Positions 55,489-64,000 of a stretch of DNA of 64,000 nt are shown piece by piece; positions within the stretch are counted from its first letter, which is position 1; each line of letters begins with the position of its first letter. A model generated the notes under the pieces. That model was not told the DNA's origin and ran no database searches. It saw only the letters and a program-made list of their open reading frames with translations. Made by a program: the position numbers and the translations under genes. Origin of the DNA: Isosphaeraceae bacterium (lineage in GTDB: Bacteria; Planctomycetota; Planctomycetia; Isosphaerales; Isosphaeraceae). The stretch lies in NCBI GenBank assembly GCA_965279195.1, contig CBDIHP010000042.1, positions 172,317-236,316 of the forward strand, read 5' to 3'.

Positions 55489-55934
55489 ATTCTGCGGGCC
55501 ATCAACCCCACGTAGCCGTGATCGCTAGGAATGATGCGAGCGACTGCGTCGAGGTCGACGACGAACCGAACCTACGACCTGGAGGAAGACGCCGTGACGC
55601 GAGACCCCGCCCCCAGCCCTGGGGATATCGAGTCGTCCCGATACCTGAGCCGCAAGCCCTGGATGACGCCGCGTCCGCCTGCCGATCTGCGACCCGGAGG
55701 ATTCGGGCCAGGAGGAGACCGCTGCTGGAGGAGACCGGGTACGGCGGACGCACAGCTTCCCGGCGGCCGGCGTGCACCTGGCCTTGCGGAGGGAGTAGGG
55801 TCGGCACTTCGAGATCAGGATGCCCCAGCTCTCCGGGTTGCCGGGATACCGAGCCGAGCTGCACTCCGACGCCAGTTCGTCTCGGCCCAGGGGCACAGCG
55901 GCGAGCATGAGGCGGGAAGGTATCGTCGTCCGCG

Positions 55935-57161
55935 TCATTCGCCGGTGACCAACTCCTCTATCCCCTCCGCTTCGAGCTGACCGGTCGGCGTCGGGGCCGG
56001 CGGGAACAGGATCCTCAGGAGCGGCGGGGCGAGGAAGGTCGTCACCAGGACCATGAGCGTGACGGCACCGAAGAGCTTCGCGTCGAACACGCCGCTCGAC
56101 AGGCCTATCTGGGCGAAGATCAGGCCCACCTCCCCTCGCGGGATCATGCCCACGCCGATGACCCCCTTCCTGCCCCCGAACCAGGGCACCGCGTATCCCG
56201 CCGCGAACTTGCCCGCAACCGCCGCGACGATGAGCAGGCCGCCGACGAGGAGCGTCGTGCGGTTCGCCGGGTCCGCGGGGTTGAAGACGCGGAGGTCGAC
56301 CGCCGCCCCCACGGAAGCGAAGAAGATCGGCACGAAGAGGTTCCCAAGCTCCGTGACCCCGTGCTCGATCTCGCGGGCCCTCGGCGTCTTCGCCAGCAGC
56401 ACCCCCGCGACGAACGCACCGATGATGACCGCCGACCCCGCCCGATCCGCCAGCCAGGCGAGTCCGAGGGCGAGCATCAGGGCCAGGATCGTCGGCGTGG
56501 CCGGCATCTTGACACGTCCCCCGAGCCGCATGAGGTGAGGGAGCAGGAGGCGGCCCAGGAGGAGCGACCCCACCAGGAAGCCGAACGCCGAGCCCGCGAT
56601 CCGGGCGACCCCCCAGGCCGTGACCTGCTCCCCGCGGGCGAGGCCCGAGACCACGGTGAGGATGATCAGGCCGACGATGTCGTCGATGACCGCCGCACCG
56701 AGGATGATCCGGCTCTCGGGCTCGTCCATCCGCCCGAGGTCCGAGAGCACGCGGGCCGTGATGCCGACGCTGGTCGCCGTGAGCGAGGCCCCGACGACGA
56801 CGCCCACCAGGCCGCCGAGGCCGAGGAGGTGGCAGACGCCGTAGCCGAGGGCGAACGGCAACACCACGCCGACCGCCGCCACGGCGGCGGAACTCCCGCC
56901 CACCTGCATCAGCTTCGCGAGGTCGGTCTCCAGGCCGATGGCGAACAGCAGGAGGATCACCCCCAGCTCGGCCAGGAGGTGGATCACCTCGGAATGGGGG
57001 TCGAGGATACCCAGGACCGAGCCGCCGAGGACGACGCCGGCCAGGAGTTCGCCGAGCACCGTCGGCTGGCCGACCGCCCTGGCGATGCCCCCGAGGAGTT
57101 TCGCGACGGCGAGGGTGAGGACGAGGACGCCCAGGAATTGGGGGACGCTCATGTGTTCCAT
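55935..57161 (-). CDS. Cation:proton antiporter (Na+/H+ exchanger family, CPA-type).
   Basis: A polytopic membrane protein of 408 aa. Segments LAELGVILLLFAIGLETDL and VGMIPRGEVGLIFAQIGL are typical of PF00999. Confidence 0.8.
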   Translation of the reverse strand: MEHMSVPQFLGVLVLTLAVAKLLGGIARAVGQPTVLGELLAGVVLGGSVLGILDPHSEVIHLLAELGVILLLFAIGLETDLAKLMQVGGSSAAVAAVGVVLPFALGYGVCHLLGLGGLVGVVVGASLTATSVGITARVLSDLGRMDEPESRIILGAAVIDDIVGLIILTVVSGLARGEQVTAWGVARIAGSAFGFLVGSLLLGRLLLPHLMRLGGRVKMPATPTILALMLALGLAWLADRAGSAVIIGAFVAGVLLAKTPRAREIEHGVTELGNLFVPIFFASVGAAVDLRVFNPADPANRTTLLVGGLLIVAAVAGKFAAGYAVPWFGGRKGVIGVGMIPRGEVGLIFAQIGLSSGVFDAKLFGAVTLMVLVTTFLAPPLLRILFPPAPTPTGQLEAEGIEELVTGE

Positions 57162-57304
57162 AAGGGATCCGGGTTGGGATGTGCAGGCAGGGGCGAACGG
57201 GGACCAGCCGGCCGGGGAGGCGGTGGTCGACGAAAGACGTGGAGGGAACCGCGTCCCGGATCGAGACGGGCACGGCGATCATGCGAAATGGAAGAGGGGC
57301 CGAC

Positions 57305-57721
57305 CTACCAACCGCCGCCGTTGGTGATGAAGAGCTTGAGGTAAAGCTCGTTCTCGGTGGTGGGAGGGGTGGCCTTCGCCTGCATGGGACCGCCGGGTGG
57401 GTTCGTGGGGATCGTCCGCCCGATTGTAGAATCTCGGACGGCGTGCGACCAGCGGGCACGCGACAGGCAGACGCCTCGGGCCGGTTCGTCCCGAGTTCTC
57501 AGGCTCGCCGAGGGACCCTGCCCTGGCTGCGTCACGACGAGGCCTGGCCACCGGATCCCGTGTACGCCCGCGTCGATCCATGGCGGAGGCGGGCTCGCCC
57601 GCCCGAAAGTCGTAGGGACATACGAGTCGGCCGACTCGGAGATCTCGGCCACTCCCTGCCCCTTCTCTTCCGAGAGACGGATCAACGACCAGGGCTGATC
57701 CTCCGCGACGACGAGGTTCAT
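57305..57721 (-). CDS. Hypothetical protein (138 aa), weakly supported.
   Basis: Open frame with GC3-rich codons: MNLVVAEDQPWSLIRLSEEKGQG...ENELYLKLFITNGGGW. No family recognised. Confidence 0.25.
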   Translation of the reverse strand: MNLVVAEDQPWSLIRLSEEKGQGVAEISESADSYVPTTFGRASPPPPWIDAGVHGIRWPGLVVTQPGQGPSASLRTRDEPARGVCLSRARWSHAVRDSTIGRTIPTNPPGGPMQAKATPPTTENELYLKLFITNGGGW

Positions 57722-58281
57722 TCGGCGTTGAGCCGGGGGAGATAGGCCAGAAGGGCGTCGGGCGAGGCGAAGCCGGCGGGGGCGTCGGGCGGGGCGTAGG
57801 CGTCCCGCTGGGCGGCGAGACGGCGGAGGTCGCCGTCGAGCAGGTGCGAGGCGATGTCATTGACGCACCGGGCCGAGCAGGCCGTGGGGCGGTGCCAGTC
57901 CTCGGGCGTGAGCGGGCCGAGGAGTTCGAGCAGGTGGGCGTGGAGCGGCAGGAACAGGTGGGCGGCAGGACGAAATCCAGACTCGGGCACGCAATCCTCC
58001 GCGGCGGTGGGACCCCGGAAGGACGACAGGTCCTTTGAGTTCAGGTTCGGGAGCAGGGAGGGTTCCCATCGATGCACCGGGGTTGATCGGTCGAGGCGAT
58101 GGGGATCGGCCCCGGGACCTCGGCGAACGGTCACCCGCTCGACACGCCGGGGATCCGGTCTGACGTGGTGGGGTGGCTCACGTCGGCGAGCCGGCGGGGT
58201 GTCGCATCGCGGACGACGCCCCGGCCCTATATCATCCCGGAGGATGCATGGGACACCGGGCGGTGTGCGGGTAGGAGGCAC
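57718..58281 (-). pseudogene. Fragment resembling the N-terminal domain of DinB/mycothiol-dependent maleylpyruvate-isomerase-like proteins; apparently truncated.
   Basis: AAHLFLPLHAHLLELLGPLTPEDWHRPTACSARCVNDIASHLLDGDLRRLAAQRD resembles the TIGR03083-type N-terminal helix bundle. There is no plausible ATG, and the protein ends after ~95 aa of the domain. Confidence 0.3.
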
Positions 58282-58284
58282 GGT

Positions 58285-58842
58285 ATGAACTCGGGTGACG
58301 GTTCCGGGGGCGAGTCAGTGGCCAGCATGAGGGGCCTCGACCCGGCCTGGGAGCGGCTGGAAGTCGAAGTCGCGACGCTCATGGTGAGGGCGAGCTGCGA
58401 GGACGTGGTGGATGCACTGAAGGGCCGCAAGGGCGTGGCCAAGGGGGCCGTCTACCTCCGAATCGAGGCCACCGACCTCGGCGACGACGACCCGGGGGAC
58501 GCCGTCTTCGTCTTCCAACTCGCCGGCCACGACTGGACGTAGGTCTCGGGACCTTTCTGGTGGCTCGGCCATACTGACCTGGCCGCTTCCCTGTCGAAGC
58601 GACTGCGATGCACCGTCGTCCACAACGTCGCCGAGGGCCTCTACTACGGGTTCAACACCCACCTGCTGTTTGAGAAGGGGAAGCAGGTCGAGGACGGCCG
58701 CGAGCCCGAAGAGGCGGCGGCCGATCTCGGGATGTTCATCGCGTACGAGGTCTGGGGGACCGACTGCGGGCGGGTCATCTGCGAGAAGGGATGGGAGATG
58801 GCCGCGTTCCGGGGAGCGTATCTCCTCACGGTGGAGCCGTAG
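58285..58842 (+). pseudogene. Hypothetical protein gene interrupted by an in-frame TAG stop at 58540-58542.
   Basis: Strong RBS AGGAGG 6 nt upstream of the ATG at 58285. Reading MNSGDGSGGESVASMRGLDPAWERLEVEVATLMVRASCEDVVDALKGRKGVAKGAVYLRIEATDLGDDDPGDAVFVFQLAGHDWT*VSGPFWWLGHTDLAASLSKRLRCTVVHNVAEGLYYGFNTHLLFEKGKQVEDGREPEEAAADLGMFIAYEVWGTDCGRVICEKGWEMAAFRGAYLLTVEP continues in the same frame after the TAG with protein-like sequence. Confidence 0.5.
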
Positions 58843-59046
58843 TTCCGGCCCGCCTCGGGCGGCGACTCGATCACCCGGCATGTGGCGTTCAAGCCGTCCT
58901 CGGCCTCGACCCGCCGGCGGATCGGCCCGGCACGGCATAGACCGGGTCGGCGAGCAACGCATCCAGTTCCGAGGCAAGCCGGCGGGCGGTGACCTGGCGG
59001 AGCGGCAGCACCCGGGGGCGGGAGCACGTGCGGCGATGTCCGGGCA

Positions 59047-59406
59047 TCAAACCGGCGAGGGGTAGGAGCCGATGCACCCCAGGAGCGTTTCCAGGTCGAG
59101 CGGCTTGGTCAGGGCCCGGTCGGCCCCCGCCTCCAGGGCCCGATCGCACCCGCCCGCCACGGCGGTCATGGCTACGATCGGGAGCGTCGCCCCGCCAAGC
59201 GTCGCCCGGATGCGTCGGATCAGCTCGACGCCGTCGACGCGGGGCATCATCAGGTCGGTGAGCACGAGGTCGGGCGTGAGGCCCGCGAGCACCTCCATCG
59301 CCTCCTGCCCGTCCGACGCCTCGCACACCTCGAAGCCGCTCACGGTCAGGAGCCGGGCGAACATGCGACGCAGGGGGTTGGAGTCCTCGACGATCAGGAT
59401 TCGCAT
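59047..59406 (-). CDS. Single-domain response regulator (CheY-like receiver).
   Basis: MRILIVEDSNPLRRMFARLLTVSGFEVCEASDGQEAMEVLAGLTPDLVLTDLMMPRVDGVELIRRIR...LPIVAMTA carries the receiver D-D-T-K pattern, with the phospho-accepting Asp in LVLTDLMMP. Confidence 0.8.
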   Translation of the reverse strand: MRILIVEDSNPLRRMFARLLTVSGFEVCEASDGQEAMEVLAGLTPDLVLTDLMMPRVDGVELIRRIRATLGGATLPIVAMTAVAGGCDRALEAGADRALTKPLDLETLLGCIGSYPSPV

Positions 59407-60076
59407 GTGCGACACCAAAAGGGTCGGCGGGGCGAATAGATCATCGTTTGAATAAATGATTCTGCTAACAATCTTGGGTCGATCGTCCCAGGGTACCACT
59501 ACGCCGCCTCCCCCACAACGGAGGGACGCAGGGCGTCCCGGAGGGCCAGGTAAGGCCGGGGGTCGCGATGATCCGGTCGAGAGAGCGTAACGCCGGCGGG
59601 CGAGGCGATGGGCCCGATGATCATCCGGCGGACCATTGCGTGTGTGGGGGGCAGGGGGTAGGCGATGGCACCGGCGAGATGCCCTACAACGGCCCGAACG
59701 CTCGGCCGCGGTCGATTCGGGCCGTTTCGGTGGGAGACCATCCTTACCTCCCCCTGCCCCAATATTCCTGCGTGGAGGTCAGGACAGTGTGGGAGGGCTT
59801 TCGTATGGCCCGCCTGGGCCATTTTCGGGCTCGGTGAGCGACTTGAGCAAGGCGACTTCGGACATCCCGTGATGAGGGAAAAGTTTGAATTGAAAAACAG
59901 GATTCGTATGCGGACGCTCACCCGCCTTGCTGCGATGACGACGATGAATTACGTGGATTCGAAGCCGGGCGAGACTCGGGCGAAGTCACTGCACGAGGGG
60001 CGACCGACCCAGCACGTGCGTCCTTGGTGGCGAAGAAGCAGCCATCGCGGGCACAATGTCTTGTGAGGAAAGTCCC

Positions 60077-60295
60077 ATGCGACATCAGCGGATCCGCCGG
60101 GCCCTGGAGCGTCGGGCATTCCAGCCGTTCGAGGCCCGCACCTCGTGGGGGGAGCGGTATCGGATACCGCACCCCGATGCGGCCTGGGTCACGCCAGGCG
60201 GTAACTATCTCATCGTGGCCATGGAGGACGACTCCGCGACCTTGGTGGACATGGAATTCGTCGTGGAATTGACATCTGGAGGAGGGCGAGACTGA
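60077..60295 (+). CDS. Small hypothetical protein (72 aa).
   Basis: GAGGAAAG RBS upstream. MRHQRIRRALERRAFQPFEARTSWGERYRIPHPDAAWVTPGGNYLIVAMEDDSATLVDMEFVVELTSGGGRD. Confidence 0.35.
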   Translation: MRHQRIRRALERRAFQPFEARTSWGERYRIPHPDAAWVTPGGNYLIVAMEDDSATLVDMEFVVELTSGGGRD

Positions 60296-60654
60296 TCGAC
60301 GAACCGAATCGCCTGGCTGACTCATGGGGTTCTGAGGGTCCACCCGAGTCTACGCCTCCACTTTGACTAGATCGCCCAGGATCCGGGCCTGGGATTTGAG
60401 GCAGGAAGATGTCGTGTTTCCTGGCCTCCGGGCGGTCCTGGATTGAAGCTGACGTTCGGGCGAGTAGATTGCCTGACAACACTCCCCACCGCAGTGCCCC
60501 CGGCCTGCACGACCCGTCGTAGTCACGCGTGGCCGGCTGCACTTGGCCAGCGAGCCCAAGCCGATCGGGCACGAGTGTCGTCAAATCCCGAGACGGGTCT
60601 GCTGGCACGAAAGCACCGCCATACGCCTCACAAATCCCCGAGTGTGGTGGAACT

Positions 60655-61176
60655 TCAAAGGGCCGCCCCGACTACCGCTCCCCCGAGTAGAATCAGGGCC
60701 GGATGGACGTCCGTGCGGAGCGAGAGGAGGAGGCACGCGATGGCCACCAACAGGAGTGGCCAGCTCGTGATGTTGTGCCGGGCCAGGTCGAAGGCGGTCA
60801 CGACCTGGAGCCCGATCACGGCCGCACCGGCACCGGCACCGAACGCTCGGAGCCGGGGACGTTCCATGTAGGGCCGCAGGGCCCAAGCGGCCGAGCTGGC
60901 GAGCAGCCAAGGCATGAGGAACACGCCGAACGTCGCGGCGAGGGCCCCGGCGAGCCCGTCGACTCGGTAACCGACGAAGGTTGCCATCATCAGGATCGGG
61001 CCGGGCATCACGTACGTGCTCCCGAGGGCCGAAGCGAACTCGCTCTCGGATAGCCAGCCCGTCTCCTTGACCGTCATCCGTTCGACCAGCGGCAATGCCG
61101 ACCCGCTCCCGCCGAAGGCGGTGAGGCTCACCAGCAGAAACCGCCCGAAGAGTTCGATGCACACCCACAGATGCAC
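60655..61176 (-). CDS. chrA: Chromate transporter ChrA family protein, short single-domain form (one of a tandem pair).
   Basis: LVSLTAFGGSGSALPLVERMTVKETGWLSESEFASALGSTYVMPGPILMMATFVGY is the CHR signature. GTG start inferred at 61176. Confidence 0.7.
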   Translation of the reverse strand: MHLWVCIELFGRFLLVSLTAFGGSGSALPLVERMTVKETGWLSESEFASALGSTYVMPGPILMMATFVGYRVDGLAGALAATFGVFLMPWLLASSAAWALRPYMERPRLRAFGAGAGAAVIGLQVVTAFDLARHNITSWPLLLVAIACLLLSLRTDVHPALILLGGAVVGAAL

Positions 61177-61192
61177 TCGATCAACCCCTGGA

Positions 61193-61804
61193 CTAAGGAC
61201 CGGAGGCGTCGGGCGGCATGAGGGCGACAAGCCCGACGAGCCCACCGACCGCCACGATGAGGGCACTGTTCACGTGGAACCGGACTGCCACGACACATGA
61301 CACCGCGGCGATAAGCGGCGAGACCACGCCCCGGACTCTGCCCTTGGCCAAATTGAAGGCGGTGGCGAGTAGGAGGCCGACCACCGCGGCGAGGAGCCCC
61401 GCGAGCACCGAGGGGAAACGCGGCAACTCGTGCACCAGGTCGTAAAGCACGGCCATCCCGACCATGCCGACCATAGGGGGTGAGACGAACGCCACGGCGG
61501 CGACCGCCGAGCCCGGCCAGCCTCCGAGTTGAAAGCCGAGGTAGCAGACGACTTGGAACGCCGTCGCCCCCGGCAAGGGCTTCGGGAAGGTGAGTGCCTC
61601 AGTCACCTGGCGGGTGGTGATGAGCCCCCGCCGCTCGACCAGTTCCATCTGAATCACGGCCAGCGTGGCCCCCAGTCCGCCGAACGAGGTCAGGCCGATG
61701 CGGAGGAAGAAGCCGCAAAGGCGGAGCCGCGAGATCTCGGGTCGTGGGGTGATCGCGTCCACGGACTTTCCATAGCGGATGCTCACATCAGGCGGAGGCA
61801 GCAT
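61193..61804 (-). CDS. chrA: Chromate transporter ChrA family protein, short single-domain form (the other member of the tandem pair).
   Basis: Internal ATG at 61804 gives [91 protein letters not shown]... with the CHR signature. Confidence 0.7.
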   Translation of the reverse strand: MLPPPDVSIRYGKSVDAITPRPEISRLRLCGFFLRIGLTSFGGLGATLAVIQMELVERRGLITTRQVTEALTFPKPLPGATAFQVVCYLGFQLGGWPGSAVAAVAFVSPPMVGMVGMAVLYDLVHELPRFPSVLAGLLAAVVGLLLATAFNLAKGRVRGVVSPLIAAVSCVVAVRFHVNSALIVAVGGLVGLVALMPPDASGP

Positions 61805-62360
61805 CTGCCTCCACTGGCCCGACCTCAAGAATGTAACGCCGCTGGAGGTAGAACGCGACGTTGACCAGCCCGATGAGAACCGGCACCTCGACCAGGGGAC
61901 CGAAGGCCGCCGCGAACGCCGCACCCGAGTTGATGCCGAAGACGGCGGCGGGGATCGCCTGCTTGAAATCGTTCGACGCTGATGTGAAGGCCGGCGTGGC
62001 CAACTTCGAGTATCGGCCCCGAACCTCCGACAAATCAAGAAGTATACAAGTAACATCACGACGAAGTCTAGCAAGAACGGTATGGCGTTCCGCTGCACAT
62101 CGAGCGGCGGTGCCACGATGTTCCGCCCATGGAGCGAGAACATCATCGCGATGGTGAAGAGGAGCGAGACTGGCGTGATTGGGCTGATCGCCGGGACGCA
62201 ACGCTTCTGATGCCACCACGAAGATCCTCTCATAGACCGGGTAGAACAGCACCTGGAAGCCCGAGTTGAGGGTGAGCAGGCCCGCCGTGCAAGCAGGATC
62301 TCCCCTCGCGAGGTCGTGCCCGGCGATGACCATTCCAATGCACCGGGCGAACCCGATCAT
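61788..62360 (-). pseudogene. acr3: Degraded remnant of an ACR3-family arsenite efflux transporter gene.
   Basis: N-terminal piece [39 protein letters not shown] and C-terminal piece [45 protein letters not shown] match ACR3 conserved blocks. The middle segment is unrelated, suggesting frameshifts. The fragment is N-terminally truncated relative to ~350-aa ACR3. Confidence 0.55.
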
Positions 62361-63073
62361 GATGGGCCCGATGGCGTATTCGGGCCTGTCTGGGTCGTCA
62401 TCAACTCGACGGCACGCGACAACGCGGCGAGCATGAGCCGCCCGATGTCGTCACGCCGCTCGGCGTATCTCTCGGCTTCGTCCGGCCGGCCGTCGGAGAC
62501 TTTGGGGTCGTCGAACGGCATCGGGATGCGGACGCCGGCCCCGCCCACGATCGGGCAGCCTGCGTCGGCCTCGCCGCAGACCATGAGGGCCGCGAAGCCA
62601 GAACCCGGGTCGCTCGGGTCGTGGTAACGCTTCGAGAACTCGAGCATCTCCAGGCCGTCTCCCCACACAACCAGGGAGACGGGGTTCTCCATGCCCGCCT
62701 CGCCTCGGCGGGCTTCCGTGCCGGTCGGCTCGATCTCGAAGCCGATGGCCTTCAAGGCCTCGGCGGTCCGGACGTTGAACGCCGTCGGGTCGGTCCCACC
62801 GCTGTGGAACCGGACCTCGGGCATCCCGAAGTAACCAGCGGCCAGGTTACCCATCGACGAGCCGAAGATGCTCCTGCGGGAGTTCCCCGTGCAGATGACG
62901 ATGGCGTTGAGCGACTCGCCGGGCCGAGGATTCGCCGCGATCCAGCGTGCCAGAGTCTCGCCTGCCAGGCGATGGTGTTCCGCTATCCGCTCGTAGCCGG
63001 ACGAGAGCTGTTCGGCGTGTTCGCGGAGTCGGGGGAACAGCCTGTCTCGGATGTGACTCGATTGCATGGACAT
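62357..63073 (-). CDS. Low-molecular-weight phosphatase family protein, ArsC-like (thioredoxin-coupled arsenate reductase type), with an N-terminal extension.
   Basis: CX5R P-loop: LNAIVICTGNSRRSIFG. Located between the acr3 remnant and arsA. 238 aa, versus ~140 aa for canonical ArsC. Confidence 0.55.
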   Translation of the reverse strand: MSMQSSHIRDRLFPRLREHAEQLSSGYERIAEHHRLAGETLARWIAANPRPGESLNAIVICTGNSRRSIFGSSMGNLAAGYFGMPEVRFHSGGTDPTAFNVRTAEALKAIGFEIEPTGTEARRGEAGMENPVSLVVWGDGLEMLEFSKRYHDPSDPGSGFAALMVCGEADAGCPIVGGAGVRIPMPFDDPKVSDGRPDEAERYAERRDDIGRLMLAALSRAVELMTTQTGPNTPSGPS

Positions 63074-64000
63074 TCATGCCCTGGTTGTTATTGGGGTCGT
63101 GTCGCGGCGAGGCTCGACTTCGGTCCCACGTGCGGCGGCCGCCTCGGCCCCGTCGGCCTGCCAGGGGATAATGGCCGTGCGGGGGCTCAGGCCTTCGACG
63201 ACCTCCTGGATGAAGCCTCGCTCGTTCCGCTTCCGGGCCACGAGCACCGGATCCGTCACTGTCAGGGGACCGAGGCTCTGATTGATGACCCACGCGAACG
63301 GCGTGATGCCGGCCCGGATCAGGTCCCGCTGGAGCGAGGCCGCCTCGTGGACCGGCGTGGCCTCGGGCAATGTGACGATCAGGACCTTCGTGAACTCCGG
63401 GTCGCGGAGTCGCGGCAGGAGTTCCCGGACGGCCTCGGGCATCTGGCTCGACGTCCGGAGCACGTCGCGATGGTAGGCCTCGGTGGCGTCGAGCAGCAGG
63501 AGAGTGTGCCCGGTTGGGGCCGTGTCGAGGACAACGAAGCTCCCCTTGCCCTCATCGACGGTGCGGGCGAAGGCCCGGAAGACGGCGATCTCCTCGGTGC
63601 ACGGCGAGCGGAGGTCCTCCTCCAGGAGGGCCTTGCCTTGCTCGTCGAGATCCCTGCCCGCGTTCGCGAGCACCTCGGCCGTGTACTCGGCCGTCTCGCT
63701 GGCGGGGTCGATGCGTCCCACGGTGAGATTGGCGACCCGCGAACCGAGCGTGAGGTCGAGATGGGCGGCGGGGTCGGTGGTCGAGAGGTGCACCTCGTGC
63801 CCCAGCCGGGCGAGGGCCACGGCCACCCGGGTGGCGACGACGGTCTTGCCGCACCCACCTTTGCCCATGGTCATGATGACGCCATGCCCCCGGCGGCTCA
63901 GGTCAGCGATGAGCGAATCGAGCGGGAGAGAGAGCGTTTCCTCGACCTGTTCGGCGGCCGGTCCCGGGGCGAGCCCGGCGGCCGCCTCGGGGTCGTTGAG
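63074..64000 (-). CDS. arsA: Arsenical pump-driving ATPase ArsA, partial. Only the C-terminal half plus the linker is in the window; the N-terminal half lies beyond the window end.
   Basis: Second-half P-loop MTMGKGGCGKTVVA, signature DTAPTGHTLLLLD, and an upstream linker ...LIADLSRRGHGVIMT, in a frame that stays open to position 64000. Confidence 0.75.
   Translation of the reverse strand, partial: LNDPEAAAGLAPGPAAEQVEETLSLPLDSLIADLSRRGHGVIMTMGKGGCGKTVVATRVAVALARLGHEVHLSTTDPAAHLDLTLGSRVANLTVGRIDPASETAEYTAEVLANAGRDLDEQGKALLEEDLRSPCTEEIAVFRAFARTVDEGKGSFVVLDTAPTGHTLLLLDATEAYHRDVLRTSSQMPEAVRELLPRLRDPEFTKVLIVTLPEATPVHEAASLQRDLIRAGITPFAWVINQSLGPLTVTDPVLVARKRNERGFIQEVVEGLSPRTAIIPWQADGAEAAAARGTEVEPRRDTTPITTRA

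Noticed and set aside
47717-57700. Search for an attR direct repeat of the tRNA-Gly 3' end (GGTTCGAATCCCCTCGCCCGC) to bound the integrative element.
   Set aside because: I could not find a copy by eye downstream of the cargo genes. The boundary is therefore left as a low-confidence estimate rather than asserted.

Overview
This is a 64 kb, very GC-rich bacterial chromosomal segment. Its gene content suggests Planctomycetota (an ECF sigma factor next to a giant Ser/Thr kinase, a dockerin-bearing subtilase, DUF1080, PQQ-like beta-propellers, several HlyD paralogs); that assignment is inference. The high GC generates many long antisense ORFs in the six-frame track. I rejected those and called genes from protein-like sequence, start-codon context and neighbours. 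I found no rRNA and no CRISPR array.

Contents, in order:
- 1-460: a 3'-truncated secreted protein on the minus strand.
- 679-1709: an SDR-type NAD-dependent epimerase/dehydratase with an apparent frameshift.
- 1980-7497: three consecutive HlyD / membrane-fusion-protein paralogs. The first carries N-terminal tandem GAF-like domains. The third is fused to a peptidase M50 (site-2 protease) membrane domain. No ABC/RND pump or TolC-like partner lies within about 10 kb. I think this is the best candidate for an undescribed system in the window.
- 8209-12297: a 1362-aa S8 subtilase with dockerin/EF-hand-like repeats.
- 13126-20218: DUF1080 protein, prenyltransferase-like/HEAT repeat protein, a membrane protein, and an FHA-TM-PQQ-propeller protein.
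- 20274-31060: solute-binding-like protein, secreted protein, sugar-phosphate isomerase, glyQS, ComB-like phosphatase, acyltransferase-like protein, a membrane protein, and a degenerate tRNA-like sequence.
- 31388-37026: SPFH protein, PQQ-propeller protein, M20 amidohydrolase, small TPR protein, aldo/keto reductase.
- 37129-44010: ECF sigma factor plus a 2086-aa Ser/Thr kinase.
- 45308-47371: nadE.
- 47645-~55000: tRNA-Gly(CCC), immediately followed by an integrative element carrying a tyrosine integrase, an excisionase-like HTH protein, an AlpA-like HTH protein, a primase-polymerase and an 1140-aa STAND/P-loop NTPase with a nuclease-like N-terminus (a candidate Avs-like antiphage gene).
- 55063-64000: a cation/H+ antiporter, two apparent pseudogenes, a CheY-like receiver, and an arsenic/chromate resistance cluster. 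That cluster holds tandem short chrA genes, a degraded acr3 fragment, an ArsC/LMW-phosphatase-like gene and arsA truncated by the window end.

Several convergent intergenic regions contain unusually elaborate palindromic structures. I did no database searches; all domain calls come from motif recognition in the translated ORFs.
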